Source: an uncultured delta proteobacterium (lineage in GTDB: Bacteria > Myxococcota_A > Polyangia > Fen-1088). From it: a DNA stretch of 64,000 nucleotides. The stretch covers positions 768,001 through 832,000 of the forward strand of contig CAVYGB010000010.1 of NCBI GenBank assembly GCA_963767925.1, written 5' to 3'. The notes under the pieces are model-generated. The model saw only the letters and a list, made by a program, of their open reading frames with translations, was not told the origin of the DNA and did no database searches. This document shows, piece after piece, positions 49,306 through 60,876 of the stretch (position 1 is its first letter; every line of letters starts with the position of its first letter). The translations under genes were made by a program, and so were the position numbers.

Positions 49306-50157
49306 ATGCGCGTAAAAGGCGCGATCCTCCTGCTGCCGTTGCTGCTCAGCGCCGAGGTTGCTTTCGCACAGGCGCAGCCCTATCCGCCGCCGCAGCAGCC
49401 CGCCCCCTACCCTTACCCGCCGCAGCCGCAGCCTTATCCGCCGCAGCCATACCCCCAGCAGCCGCAGCCCTACCCGCCGCAGCCATACCCCCAGCAGCCG
49501 CAGCCTTATCCACCGCAGCAGCCCCCTGCGCCTCAGCAGCCGCCGCCCGGTCAGCCGCAGCCCTATCCGCCGCAGCAACCGCCCCCGGGTTATCCCCCGC
49601 CCCCGGCGCCTCCCCCGAACTACCCGCAGTACCCGCCGCCCCAGTACCCCTATCCCGGCTCGCCGCAATACGGGCTGCCGCCCGAGCCCGAGCAGCGCCT
49701 GCGCCGGCGCGGCTTCGCCATCGGGGTGGCCATCGGCGGCGGCGGGGTCGACTTCGACGCCGGCGGCGAGCAGGGGCTGGCCCTCGCCCTCAACATCGGC
49801 GCCTCGCTCAACCAGCGGGTGGCGCTGCTGTTCGACTACCACGCGGTGACCTACGGGGTGAACGCGGGCAACGAGAGCCACTGGGTGGTGGGCGGCGTGG
49901 CCCAGGTCTTCTTCGCCCGCTTTCTGTGGGCCAAGGCCGGGCTCGGCATGGGCAAGCTCACCCTCTCGGACACCTACGGCACCCGGCTCGACGCCACCGA
50001 GCCATCGCTGGCGGTCCTGCTCGGCTTCGGCGCGGAGGTGGTGCAGACCCCCGCCGGCTTCGCCCTCGATCTGCAGCTCCGCTTCGCCGGCGCCTCCTAC
50101 CAGGACGCCGGCACCACCACCAACCTCGCCCTCCTGATCGGCTTCAACTTCTATTAG
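49306..50157 (+). CDS. Outer-membrane beta-barrel protein with a Pro/Gln/Tyr-rich N-terminal repeat
   Basis: Signal peptide AFA; repeated QPYPPQ units; amphipathic strands ending IGFNFY. Confidence 0.8.
   Translation: MRVKGAILLLPLLLSAEVAFAQAQPYPPPQQPAPYPYPPQPQPYPPQPYPQQPQPYPPQPYPQQPQPYPPQQPPAPQQPPPGQPQPYPPQQPPPGYPPPPAPPPNYPQYPPPQYPYPGSPQYGLPPEPEQRLRRRGFAIGVAIGGGGVDFDAGGEQGLALALNIGASLNQRVALLFDYHAVTYGVNAGNESHWVVGGVAQVFFARFLWAKAGLGMGKLTLSDTYGTRLDATEPSLAVLLGFGAEVVQTPAGFALDLQLRFAGASYQDAGTTTNLALLIGFNFY
49372..49670 (+). repeat. Coding low-complexity tandem repeat (QPYPPQ)n
   Basis: Repeated cagccctacccgccg/cagccttatccgccg units, including a near-exact 36-bp duplication. Confidence 0.8.
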
Positions 50158-50207
50158 TTTTACTCGGGACCCTCAAAGGGTCTCGAACCCCCCGCGTAGC
50201 GAAACGG

Positions 50208-51293
50208 TCAGGAGCGCGGGGGGGTGAGCCATTTGACGAGCCAGTCGGTGATCTCGGTGCGGTGCTCGTCGGTGACTTTGTGGGCGACGCCGGGGGCGAT
50301 GAGGACCTTGAGCTTGTCGGTGGCGCCGGCCTTCTGGTAGGCGAGGCGGGTCGAGGCCAGCGCCACCTGGGCGCCGCCGAGCGGGCAGTTGGGGTCGAGC
50401 TCGCCGCCGGTGATCAGGAGGGGGCGGGGGGCGAACAGGCGCAACATGCTGGGGCCGTCGTAGCGATCGAGGATCCCGGGCAGGAGCTTGCTCCACAGCG
50501 CCCGCGCCACCCGGGCGTTGACCTCGTTCTCCCCGAGGTCCGACGCCGCCGCCTCGTGCGCCGCCCAGATGGTCCGGGCCCGGCCCTGCCACTTGTCGTT
50601 GTCCAGGCTCCAGCGAAAGCTCTGCACGGCGATGGCCGGCACCGCCACCTTGATGCGCGGATCGACCGAGGCGGCCAGCCAGGTCTGGATGCCCCCCATC
50701 GAGATCCCCAGCATCCCGATGCGGGCCGGGTCGACGTCGGGGCGGGTCACCAGGTGGTCGACCGTGCGCCAGATGTCCCAGGCGGTGTCATAGAAGAAGG
50801 GGTGCTCCTGCTCGGCCGACCTGGCCCGCCAGGCGGTGGTGATGGCGGCGACGTAGGCCTCCGCGCCCTTCTCCACCCCCACCCGCTCGCCGTGGTAGCG
50901 GGCGTCGAGCGCGACCGCGAGGAAGCCCTTGGCCGCCAGGCGGTCGAGCCAGTCGCGCTGGCTCTCCTTGGTGCCGCCGGTGCCATGCAGGACCAGCACG
51001 GTCGGCCAGCGGCGGTCGGCCGGGCCGGGCGGCCGCACGATCAGCAGCGGCACCCGCTCGATCACCCCGCTGCGCTTCTTCTCCGAGGCGATGCTCAGCC
51101 GCTCCACCGTGGTGCCGTCGGCGGACACCTGCTTGTCGACGACCTTGGGGTCGGCGGGCACCCGCGGGCGATCGAGCAGCTTCAGGAAGCCCTTGCGCAC
51201 CTCCGCGGCGGGAGGCAACGGAGCGTCGGCGTGAACCGGGAGCGGCCGGGCCAGCGCCGCGGCGGTGAGGACCGAAGCCAGCAGGAGGCGCAT
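50208..51293 (-). CDS. Secreted alpha/beta hydrolase (esterase/dienelactone hydrolase-like)
   Basis: VLHGTGG, nucleophile GISMGG, GELD and VAH triad; signal peptide. Confidence 0.88.
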   Translation of the reverse strand: MRLLLASVLTAAALARPLPVHADAPLPPAAEVRKGFLKLLDRPRVPADPKVVDKQVSADGTTVERLSIASEKKRSGVIERVPLLIVRPPGPADRRWPTVLVLHGTGGTKESQRDWLDRLAAKGFLAVALDARYHGERVGVEKGAEAYVAAITTAWRARSAEQEHPFFYDTAWDIWRTVDHLVTRPDVDPARIGMLGISMGGIQTWLAASVDPRIKVAVPAIAVQSFRWSLDNDKWQGRARTIWAAHEAAASDLGENEVNARVARALWSKLLPGILDRYDGPSMLRLFAPRPLLITGGELDPNCPLGGAQVALASTRLAYQKAGATDKLKVLIAPGVAHKVTDEHRTEITDWLVKWLTPPRS

Positions 51294-51391
51294 GCCTGCA
51301 GTTGACCGCACTCCCGCCCGGCCACCAAGCGGTTTCGTTTGCCGCGGAGCCGGGGACGGTGGAGCGTCGGGGCCTGGGCGGGAGGGAGCTT

Positions 51392-52867
51392 TCAGCCGGA
51401 GGCGGGGATCTCGACGACAAGGCGGGCGCCGCCCAGCGGCGAGGGGCCGGGGGCCACCGAGATGTCGCCTCCGTGGTCGATGACGATCTTGCGCACGATG
51501 GCCAGGCCCAGCCCGGTGCCCTGGGGCTTGCTCGTCACGTAGGGATCGAAGATGTGCTGGCTCTCGGCCGCCGCGATGCCGGGCCCGTTGTCGTCGATCA
51601 GGACCACCGCCCGCCGGCGCTGCGGCCGATGCTCCACCGACAGCCGCACCACCGGATCCTGGGCCGCCCCCTCGGCCGCCTGCACCGCGTTTTCGACCAG
51701 GTTGGTGAGGACGCGCCCGAACAGCACCCGATCGCAGGGGGCCGTCACCGGGGCGGGCGGCTGCACAACCTCGATGAAGGGCTGCCACTCCGGGTGCAGG
51801 CGGGCGAACTCGGCCAGGAAGGCTCCCAGGTCGATCGGGGTGGGCTCGACCTTCGGCAGCTTGCCGAAGGCGGAGAAGTCGTCGACCAGCCGGCGCAGCG
51901 CCGTGATCTCGTCGCGCAAGATCTCGGTGGCCGTCTCGAGCAGCCGGCGGTAGCCGGGGTCGTCCCCCTTGTACTTGGAGACCAGCTCCTGGACCGCGAG
52001 CTGGATGGGGGTGAGGGGGTTCTTGATCTCGTGGGCCAGCCGGCGCGCCACCTCCTGCCAGGCCGAGACCTTCTGCAGATAGGCCAGGCGGTAGCGGGCC
52101 TCCTCGAGCTCGTCGACCATGCCGTCGAAGGAGCGAGCCAGCTCGTCGAGCTCGTCGCGGCCGGTGGGGTGCAGGCGCACCGACAGGTCGCCGGCGCCGA
52201 CCGCCAGAGCGGCGTCGCGCAGGCGGGCCACCCGCTCGGTGGCCCGGCGGGCGAAATACAGCCCCACCATGGGGACCACCGCCAGCAGGCCCACCACGAA
52301 CAGCAGGTACTCGCGCAGGTAGCGGGAGACGAAGGCCTCGTAGACGTGCTCGCGCTGCCGCTCGATGTCGAGGGCCTGGCTCAGCTCGACGAAGCGCTCG
52401 TACATCTCGACCGGGATGCCGAAGGTCAGCTCCAGCACCCGGGTGGGGGGCGAGTTGGCCCCCTCCTCCGCCTCGACCTGGGGGAGAGGGGCAGTGGCGA
52501 CGGGCGCCTCCCGGGCCCGCTGGCGGGCCGACTCGGGCGCCGACCACTCGTCGATCACGCGCCCGCCCTCGTACAGGCGGGCGCGCAGCAGCTCCTCGAC
52601 GCCGGCCAGGTCGGCCATCTTCCGGGGGTTGGTGGCGGCCAGGCGCTCGGTGCGGCGGCGGAACTCCTCCTTGCGCTCGGCGAAGTAGCTGCGGAACGCC
52701 TCCGCCGCCACCGTGCCCGAGTCGAAGGCCTGCCGCTCGTGCTGGGCGAAGGAGGCCACCCCCCGCAGCACGTAGCGGGCGGCGTAGCCGGCGGTGCCCG
52801 CCGACAGCGCCGCCACCAGCAGCACCACCCCGAGAATCTTCCATTCGAAGCGACCGGGCATCCTCAT
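51392..52867 (-). CDS. NtrY-like HAMP sensor histidine kinase
   Basis: Two TM segments, HAMP (DELDELARSFDGM), AWQEVARRLAHEIKNPLTPI, NLVENA, DNGPG and GTGLGL. Confidence 0.93.
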   Translation of the reverse strand: MRMPGRFEWKILGVVLLVAALSAGTAGYAARYVLRGVASFAQHERQAFDSGTVAAEAFRSYFAERKEEFRRRTERLAATNPRKMADLAGVEELLRARLYEGGRVIDEWSAPESARQRAREAPVATAPLPQVEAEEGANSPPTRVLELTFGIPVEMYERFVELSQALDIERQREHVYEAFVSRYLREYLLFVVGLLAVVPMVGLYFARRATERVARLRDAALAVGAGDLSVRLHPTGRDELDELARSFDGMVDELEEARYRLAYLQKVSAWQEVARRLAHEIKNPLTPIQLAVQELVSKYKGDDPGYRRLLETATEILRDEITALRRLVDDFSAFGKLPKVEPTPIDLGAFLAEFARLHPEWQPFIEVVQPPAPVTAPCDRVLFGRVLTNLVENAVQAAEGAAQDPVVRLSVEHRPQRRRAVVLIDDNGPGIAAAESQHIFDPYVTSKPQGTGLGLAIVRKIVIDHGGDISVAPGPSPLGGARLVVEIPASG

Positions 52868-53517
52868 CACGTGCCTCCCCGAAAGGGCTGCGACCAGAAG
52901 GTGAGCTGGCGTTCGCTCTCCTCGACCCGTGGGTTGACGAAGATGCTCACCACCGAACCGAACACGCTGTCGCTCGACCCCGCCCGCCCCTGCCCCGGCG
53001 CCCGCACCAGCCAGCGCCGCACCTCCTGCACGAGGTCCTCCGACAGCGGGTTGAGGTCGGCCCGGAAGCGCAGGCGGTAGGTGACCCCCGGCGCCAGCCG
53101 GCCCAGGTCGCTGACCGCGAAGCGGTGCAGGGCGGTGGCGGCCAGGATGGCCTGCTGGGCGGTGGCGGCGGCGTATGCCCGGGGCCCGTCCCGCTCGATG
53201 ACGTTGACCCGGAACCGTTCGTCCCACAGGTCGTACAGGATCTCGCTGCGGCGATCGGCGAGGGCGATCGGCTGCCGCTCACCCTCCCGGTACAGCTCGA
53301 CCCGGATGACGACCCGGCTCACGAACCCGGACTTCAGCCGCTCGCTGTCGTTGGGCCAGAACAGGTCCTGTAGCCCCACGCTGGTGGCCAGCCAGCCGTC
53401 CTTGCGGTGCAGCCCCACCAGGCGGGGCGGCCGCTCGTCGGCGAACGCCAGCGGCCCCACCCCGTGCAGGAGGGTGAGGGCCGAAAGCACGGCGAGGGGG
53501 AGGCGCGCCCGGGGCAT
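52867..53517 (-). CDS. DUF4390-like exported protein
   Basis: Signal peptide; ERLKSG...EILYDLWDERFRV pattern; position immediately upstream of an NtrY-like kinase. Confidence 0.65.
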   Translation of the reverse strand: MPRARLPLAVLSALTLLHGVGPLAFADERPPRLVGLHRKDGWLATSVGLQDLFWPNDSERLKSGFVSRVVIRVELYREGERQPIALADRRSEILYDLWDERFRVNVIERDGPRAYAAATAQQAILAATALHRFAVSDLGRLAPGVTYRLRFRADLNPLSEDLVQEVRRWLVRAPGQGRAGSSDSVFGSVVSIFVNPRVEESERQLTFWSQPFRGGT

Positions 53518-54958
53518 CAGAACCGGATCCGACCGAGACCGTTGGCGATGGAGACGGTGAAGATGCCGATGTACGTGTCGAGCTTGACCCCCAGATCGGC
53601 GGTGAGGTCGAGCGGCACCGACTGCAGAGCCGGACCGTCGCGCGTGCGCAGGTCGTCGAGCCCGGCCAGGGCAAACGCGCCGAAGGCGGCGAAGGCGTCG
53701 CCCCGGTAGATGAAGCCCCGCCGGCGCCAGAGGGGGACGGCGTATTCGACGAGGGCCCGGGCGGCGAAGGGCTCGTAGCGCCGGTCGGCCACGCTGGCGC
53801 CGAGAAAGGCCCGCGAGGGCTGGGTGGCGAAGTTGAGGCCCAGGGCGCGGGGGGGAGCAGGAAGTTGAGGTCCCCCACGAAGAAGTTGTTGAAGTAAGGG
53901 GCCTCGCCCAGCACCGCCCCGGCGAAGGCGTGGGTCGCCACCACGTGGTCGCGAAAGGCAGGAAAGTAGAAGGAGCCCTGGGCGATCCCCTTGGCGTAGG
54001 CGTAGCTCGATCCCAGCACGGGCAGCGAGGCCTCGACCGACATCGAGAGGCGGCGGCCGCGCGAGGGCAACACCGGGTCGGAGCGGGTGTCGAGGTCGAG
54101 CAGGGCGGTCAGCGAGGCGACCCGGCTCGACCCCTCGTGGATGGCGAAGTCGATGGGGCGGACCTGGCCGCCGCCGAGGTCGCGGGTGCGGATGGTGGGC
54201 AACACCGCCCGCACCGCCTCGAAGCGCCCCTCGGTGGTGAAGCGGGCGGTCCGCGACAGCTCGCCGCCCACCATGAGGCTGCCGCCCAGCCGGCGGATGT
54301 CGAGCGCCCGCCACTTGTTGGGATCCACCTCCGCCTCCCGCCCGAAGGCCTGGAAGAACTCGCTGCCCCGCGAGTAGAGGAAGCTCCCCGACAGCAGCAG
54401 GGCCTCGCGCAGGTTGGGCCCGCCCACCCGCACCGAGACGGCGTGGCCCGGGCGGGCCTCCGGCACGGTGGGGGCGGTGGAGGCCACGAAGCCGGCCCCC
54501 AGCGAGATGCCCCGCCCGGCCAGGTTCGTCTCGGAGACGTCGAGGCCGCCCCAGAGCAAGGTGGCCTCGCTGGTGCCGAGGTAGACGGCGTTGAGCACGG
54601 CGGTGCCCCGCTCCTCGGTCTCCACAACCAGCACGACGGCGCCCCGCTTGCCCGGCACGGGCAACACCCGCAGCTCGACCCGCAGGAAGAACCCCAGCGA
54701 CAGCAGGCGCAGCTCGGCCAGGCGGACCCGGGGATCGTCGGCCGAGATGACGTCGCCGGGGTGGATGGCCAGCTCCCGCAGGATGAGGCCGGCGTCGGTC
54801 TTGCGGTTGCCGCGCACTTCAATGGCCGCCACCCAGTAGCGGAAGCCGAGGCCGAAGCTGTCGCCTCCCGGCACCCCGCTCGCCGGATCGCCAGGAGCCG
54901 CCAGCGCCGCTCGCCCTACGAGAAGTCCGCTGAGGAGGGCCAGGAAGACAAGCCGCAT
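53517..54958 (-). CDS. Omp85/BamA-TamA-family outer-membrane protein, frameshift in the G7 run at 53849-53855
   Basis: POTRA (IEVRGNRKT...ILREL...LGFF...ERGT), ETNLAGRG and LDTRSDPVLPSRG; barrel ends GRIRF. Confidence 0.82.
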
Positions 54959-55064
54959 ACCCTCCGAGCCTAACGCGACTCTCCCGTTCTCGCCTGATCC
55001 TACTTACAGGAGCCCCCGCCGGGACCTCTCCCGAGCGCCCGAGGCGTCCCCGATCACCTGCCGA

Positions 55065-55817
55065 TCAGTTGATGCTGATGCGAGGGCTGGGGGGGACGAG
55101 CCGGGCCCGCTCGAGCCGGCGCTCCACCTCCTCGGAGGGGGTGACGACGGCGAGGCGGGCCAGCACCTGGCAGAGGCGGCGGCCGTCGCCCCGGACCTCG
55201 TAGATGCAGCGGAGGTTGGTGAGGATGCGCGCGATGACCTGGCGGCTCGAGGCGGGGGCGAGCGCCTGCTCGTCCACCACGCTCGGCTCGCCGGTGATCT
55301 GCTCCCACATCGCCTGGATCTCCTCGCGGCAGAGGATCCGGCCATCGAAGGGATCGATGTAGAGCGGATCGCCGGTCTCGGTCAGCGCCCGCACGAGGAA
55401 GTGGCAGGGGAAGGAGACGCCCTCCAGCTTCAGCCCCGCCCGCCGGGCGACCGCGATCAACACGATGGCCAGGCTGATGGGAATTCCCGTGCGGCGAACC
55501 AGCACGTCGTTGAGGAAGCTGTTGCGGGGGTCGTAGTAGTCGGCGACGTTGCCCCGGAAGCGGAGCTCCTTGTAGACGAGGTTCAAGATGGTGTTGAGGG
55601 CCAGCGAGACCGGGGCCCGCCCCGGACGCAATCCGCTCTTCACGAGCATGAGCCGCGCCTGCGCGCCGAGCTCGTCCAGCTGCGCGACGTAGCGAGCGAC
55701 GTCCAGACCGCGATACTCCGCCTCGGCGATCAGCAGCGCGGCCCGTTCCAGATCCAGTTGCTTGTCTGGCTTCCGCAGCAGATGCGCGAACAGCACCAGG
55801 TCTTCTGAACCGGCCAT
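55065..55817 (-). CDS. SirB1/transglutaminase-like protein
   Basis: FRGNVADYYDPRNSFLNDVLVRRTGIPISL, GVSFPCHFLVR and IDPFDG. Confidence 0.9.
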   Translation of the reverse strand: MAGSEDLVLFAHLLRKPDKQLDLERAALLIAEAEYRGLDVARYVAQLDELGAQARLMLVKSGLRPGRAPVSLALNTILNLVYKELRFRGNVADYYDPRNSFLNDVLVRRTGIPISLAIVLIAVARRAGLKLEGVSFPCHFLVRALTETGDPLYIDPFDGRILCREEIQAMWEQITGEPSVVDEQALAPASSRQVIARILTNLRCIYEVRGDGRRLCQVLARLAVVTPSEEVERRLERARLVPPSPRISIN

Positions 55818-56044
55818 GAGCCCACGTAATGTAGCAGCAACCGCGGTGCAGGCACGGCCAATTAAGCCCGCGGCGGGGGCGGGGAGCAGCGCGCGAACCC
55901 GGTTTCCGCGCGCCTGGTTGGAGGTCGGCGAATCGCTGCCTTGCGGTTGACCGCCGTAAATTTTATGTCAGGCAACTCACGAGCATCGTTCGCAGCGATC
56001 GCCGCCTGCGCGGCCGGCGAGCGCGCCTGCGCGCCCTCGGCCGG

Positions 56045-58110
56045 TCAATCGACGCGCGGGAGGGAGGCGTCGGCTTCGCTGTCGTCGCTGCTGGGTTGGC
56101 CGCTGGGTTGGCCGCTGGGTTGGCCGCTGGGTTGGCCGCTGTCTTTGCTGCCGTTTTCACGGACCGCGGGGTCGGAGCGCCAGGTCTCGAGCAGCCGCTC
56201 CATCGAGTCGAGCTTGCCGACCTCGAGTCGCACGCCGAGCTCGATCTCGGCCAGCTCGCCCAGCACGGCGCCGAGGATGGTGTGGTGGGCCGCCTCCGAG
56301 ACCATCGCCTCGCGGGGCGCGCTCGCCTCTCCCTGGAGCACGGTGAGCTGCTGGTCGAGGCCGGCCAGCCGCTCCTGGTCGAGCAACATCTGGCCCTTGG
56401 TCGCCCAGAGCTGCTCCTCGGTGCGATCGAGCGCGTCGCGCAGGTGCGAGATCTCGTTCTGGGCCTCCTCGAGCTCGGCCGGCGAGATGGATGGGACGGT
56501 CGGGATCGGGGGAGCGAGGGCGATCGGCGGAGCGGGGGGGGCGGCGGGGGCGCGGGGGGCGCGGCGACCGCGGCCTGTCGCTGCAGGCGCAGCAAGGTGC
56601 CCTCCACCTCGGCCAGCCGGGAGCGGCGGGCGCGATCGGCCTGCTCGACCTCGGCGGTGTGCTTGCGGACCCGCTCGAGCTCGCTCTCGGCGGTCTGGGC
56701 ACGGCGGCTGGTTCCCGAGAGGGCGTCCTCCAGCTCGTTGACCAGCGTCGACTGCTCGGCGAGGGCTTCGCGCAGGCGGTTGACCTCGTCCAGGTGGGCC
56801 GCCGCCGCCAGCCGGTAGGGCTCGATGGCGGTGTTCACCCGCTCGCGCTCGGGCCGCGGCTCGACCGCCGCCTCGTCTTCGCTGCGGGCCGCACCGTTGC
56901 GGGACCGGGGCGGCACCGGGGCCTCGGCCCGCTTGGCCTGGGCGGCCTGCAGCCGCCAGAGCAGATCCTGCTTCTCCCCCTCGAGGCCGGCGATGCGCTC
57001 GTCGCGCTCGCCCAGCGCCGCCTCGCGCGCGGCCAGCTCCTCGCTCCGGCGCCGCAGCTCCTCGCGCAGGCGGGTCGCGCCGGCGCTGTCGCCCTCGCGG
57101 GCAGGCGCCGCGACCGGGGCCGCGGTCGGCGTCGCGCGCAGGCCGGCCGTGATCTGGCGGGCCAGCTCGGACACCTCCTCGCGCGTCCGGCGGGTCAGAT
57201 CCAGCACCGAGGCGTCGGCCTCGGCCAGCGCCCGGCGCAGGCGGGCGATCTCCTGATCGAGCTCGCTGCGGGCCTCGGCGCCCCGGCGCAGCCGCGCGCG
57301 CAGCTCCTCGATCTCCTCGCCCTGGGCGCGCGACACGCGCAGCATCCCCTCGGCCTTGCCCTCCGCCTCCATGAGGCGGTGGCGCAGACCCGCCACGGCG
57401 GTCCGCGACTCGTCCCCGTGGGCGGCGGGCTCTTCGGGGCGGGGACCGGCAGACGCGGGCAGCGGGATCTGCAGGAGGGCGTAGCCCAGCTCCAGCCGAT
57501 CGTCGGGCCCGGCCAGGGCCAGGTAGTGGGTGGGGTGCTCGTTGCCCTCGTCGACGAGCCCGCCTTCGATGCGCAGGCCGACCGTCTGGGCGCCGAACTC
57601 GGCCGCCCCGAAGGCGGCGAAGGGGGTGAGCCCGAACATGCGCACCCGGGGGAACAGCGGCTCGAGCGCCTCGAGCAGCACGTAGTAGCTGACCCCGGCC
57701 ACGCCCGGCGTGTCGGGGCGATCGGTGCTGGTCGCCACGAGGGCGATCTTGCCGTCGGGCGCGAGCATGCTGCGCAGGACGAGCAGGCCGAAGGGGGCGC
57801 CGGGGCCGAGCCAGGCGGCCCCGTCCGGCACCACGATCAGATCGAAGGGGCCGGCCCCCTCCAGGGCGCCACGCTCGAGAGGGGCGAACTGCAGGCCGGG
57901 CAGGCGGGCGCCGGCGCGGGCCCGCGCCAGGGCGTTGGCGTCGGCCTCCAGGCCGAGCACGGAGGCGGCGCCGAGGGCCCGGAGACGCGCTGCTCCAGCT
58001 CCCTCGCCGCTGCCGATCTCGAGCACCTTGCGACCATCGAGGAGGGGTGCGAGATAGCCATAAATGGCGAGGCGGCGGCTGTGTGAATCGAAGGGGCTTC
58101 CTGGGGACAT
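56045..58110 (-). CDS. Methyltransferase-like domain fused to a long coiled coil; frameshift near 56530
   Basis: KVLEIGSGEGAG SAM-binding motif, then extended heptads. After the G-run the heptads continue in the frame ending at 56045. Confidence 0.75.
56090..56141. repeat. Perfect 12-bp tandem repeat, 4.3 copies
   Basis: (GCTGGGTTGGCC)4 GCTG; encodes SGQP repeats on the minus strand. Confidence 0.9.
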
Positions 58111-58155
58111 CGGGACGTTGGACTATACCCGAAACCGTCCCGCGGCCCGGTTAAG

Positions 58156-59355
58156 ATGACCGGGCCCATGCCGACGCACGCGCCCAGCCGGACCCGCTCG
58201 AAAGGCGCCGGGATGGCCGCCACCCTGCTGGTCTGGGCCCTGCCCTGCACGCTGATCGCGGGCGCGGTGGTGGCTGTGGTCCCGGCGGCGGCGCGGGCGC
58301 AGGCCCCCCCACCTCCCGCTCCAGCCGGCGCCGCGCCGAAGCTGGTCTACCTCAACTTCTCCGACGGCACCGAGACGCTCACCTTCGGGGCCGACGACGA
58401 CGCCGCCACGAACGTCTCGGCGACCGGCGCCGCCGCGCCCTATCCGGAGTTCCGCTGGCCCGGCATCACCACCGGCGTGGTCAGCCGGGCCGAGCTGGTG
58501 CGGCGGGTGGCCCTGCGGGTGCACCAGTTCTTCCTCCCCTTCAACGTCCTCGTGACCACCGCCCGCCCGAGCGCCGGGCCCTACGTCATGGTGCTGATCG
58601 GCGGCCACCCCCGCGACATCGGGGTGAGCTTGACCGTCGCTGGCCTTGCCTTCATGGACTGCGGCAACGGGGTGCCCTCCGACATCGTGTTCGCCTTCCC
58701 CGAGATGCTGCGGGGGAGCGAACACGGGCTCGCGGTGACAATCGCCCAGGAGGCGGCCCACGCCTTCGGGCTCGAGCACACCTCCAACCGCGCCGACATC
58801 ATGTACCCCACGGTGGTGCCCGAGCAGGCGCTGTTCCCCGACGAGGAGAGCCCCATCCTCGACGAGCGGCTGTGTGGCTTCGCCACCCAGAACTCGCACC
58901 AGCGGCTGCTCGCCATGGTGGGCGGCTGGCCCGGCGACGAGAAGCCCATCGACGACGGCACCCGCGCCGACCGCCAGCCCCCGAGCCTGACCATCCTGGG
59001 ACCGGGCTCCGGCGAGATGGTGCCGCAGCCCTTCACGGTGCGGGTGAGCGCCGAGGACGCGGGGGGCATCGACCACGTCGTGCTCGCCGCCGAGGGGGAC
59101 CGGGGGACGCTCTACCGCCCGCCCTTCACCTGGTCGCTCGACGGCTTCCCCGCCGGCCCCCTCACGGTCACGGTCGTCGCTTACGACGCGAGCGGCAATA
59201 CCAGCACACAGTCGGCCACCGTCACCGTCACCGGCCCGGGGCCGCCGCTGGCGGGCGGCTGCGCCTTCGCCCCCGCTCCCACCCGGCTCCCGGCCGCGCT
59301 GGCCGCGGCCCTGCTGCTCCTCCTGGCTTGCATCCACCGGGGGCGTCCTTTATAA
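58156..59355 (+). CDS. Metzincin-like peptidase domain plus Ig-like domain and a sorting-type C-terminal tail
   Basis: [11 protein letters not shown]...DIMYP (Met-turn); DRQPPSLTI...AYDASGN Ig-like domain; GGC plus hydrophobic tail. Start uncertain. Confidence 0.8.
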   Translation: MTGPMPTHAPSRTRSKGAGMAATLLVWALPCTLIAGAVVAVVPAAARAQAPPPPAPAGAAPKLVYLNFSDGTETLTFGADDDAATNVSATGAAAPYPEFRWPGITTGVVSRAELVRRVALRVHQFFLPFNVLVTTARPSAGPYVMVLIGGHPRDIGVSLTVAGLAFMDCGNGVPSDIVFAFPEMLRGSEHGLAVTIAQEAAHAFGLEHTSNRADIMYPTVVPEQALFPDEESPILDERLCGFATQNSHQRLLAMVGGWPGDEKPIDDGTRADRQPPSLTILGPGSGEMVPQPFTVRVSAEDAGGIDHVVLAAEGDRGTLYRPPFTWSLDGFPAGPLTVTVVAYDASGNTSTQSATVTVTGPGPPLAGGCAFAPAPTRLPAALAAALLLLLACIHRGRPL

Positions 59356-59423
59356 ACCCCTGTTCCGACCGAGTCGCCTGCCGATCCATGGCAGACCAAC
59401 GGCGGAAGACGAGGACCTGCATC

Positions 59424-59651
59424 ATGCCGAAAAAGGGAATCCATCCACTCTATAGGGCCGTCACGATCTCCTGCGCCTGCGGCAACAAGGTCGAGACCTA
59501 CTCGACCCGCGGATCGCTCATGACGGACATCTGCTCGGCGTGTCATCCGTTCTACACCGGCAAGCAGAAGTTCATCGACACCGCCGGCCGTATCGAGCGG
59601 TTCCAGAAGAAGTACGGCAAGCAGCCGTTCGTTCTCCCCACGCCCGAGTGA
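59424..59651 (+). CDS. rpmE: 50S ribosomal protein L31 (Zn-binding type)
   Basis: [23 protein letters not shown] and AGRIERF. Confidence 0.96.
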   Translation: MPKKGIHPLYRAVTISCACGNKVETYSTRGSLMTDICSACHPFYTGKQKFIDTAGRIERFQKKYGKQPFVLPTPE

Positions 59652-59721
59652 CCCGGGGCGCTCGAGCCTCGCGCGCCGGCGGCCAACCGCGACGCCGGCC
59701 GGCGCTGATCGACCCTGACCG

Positions 59722-60801
<1,080 letters not shown>

Positions 60802-60876
60802 GGCAGGTGAGCGCTCCGCTCCCGAGAACTGTCGGACGGGCGCGGCTACGATGGCAGGGGCGCTGCTCGCCCTCGG

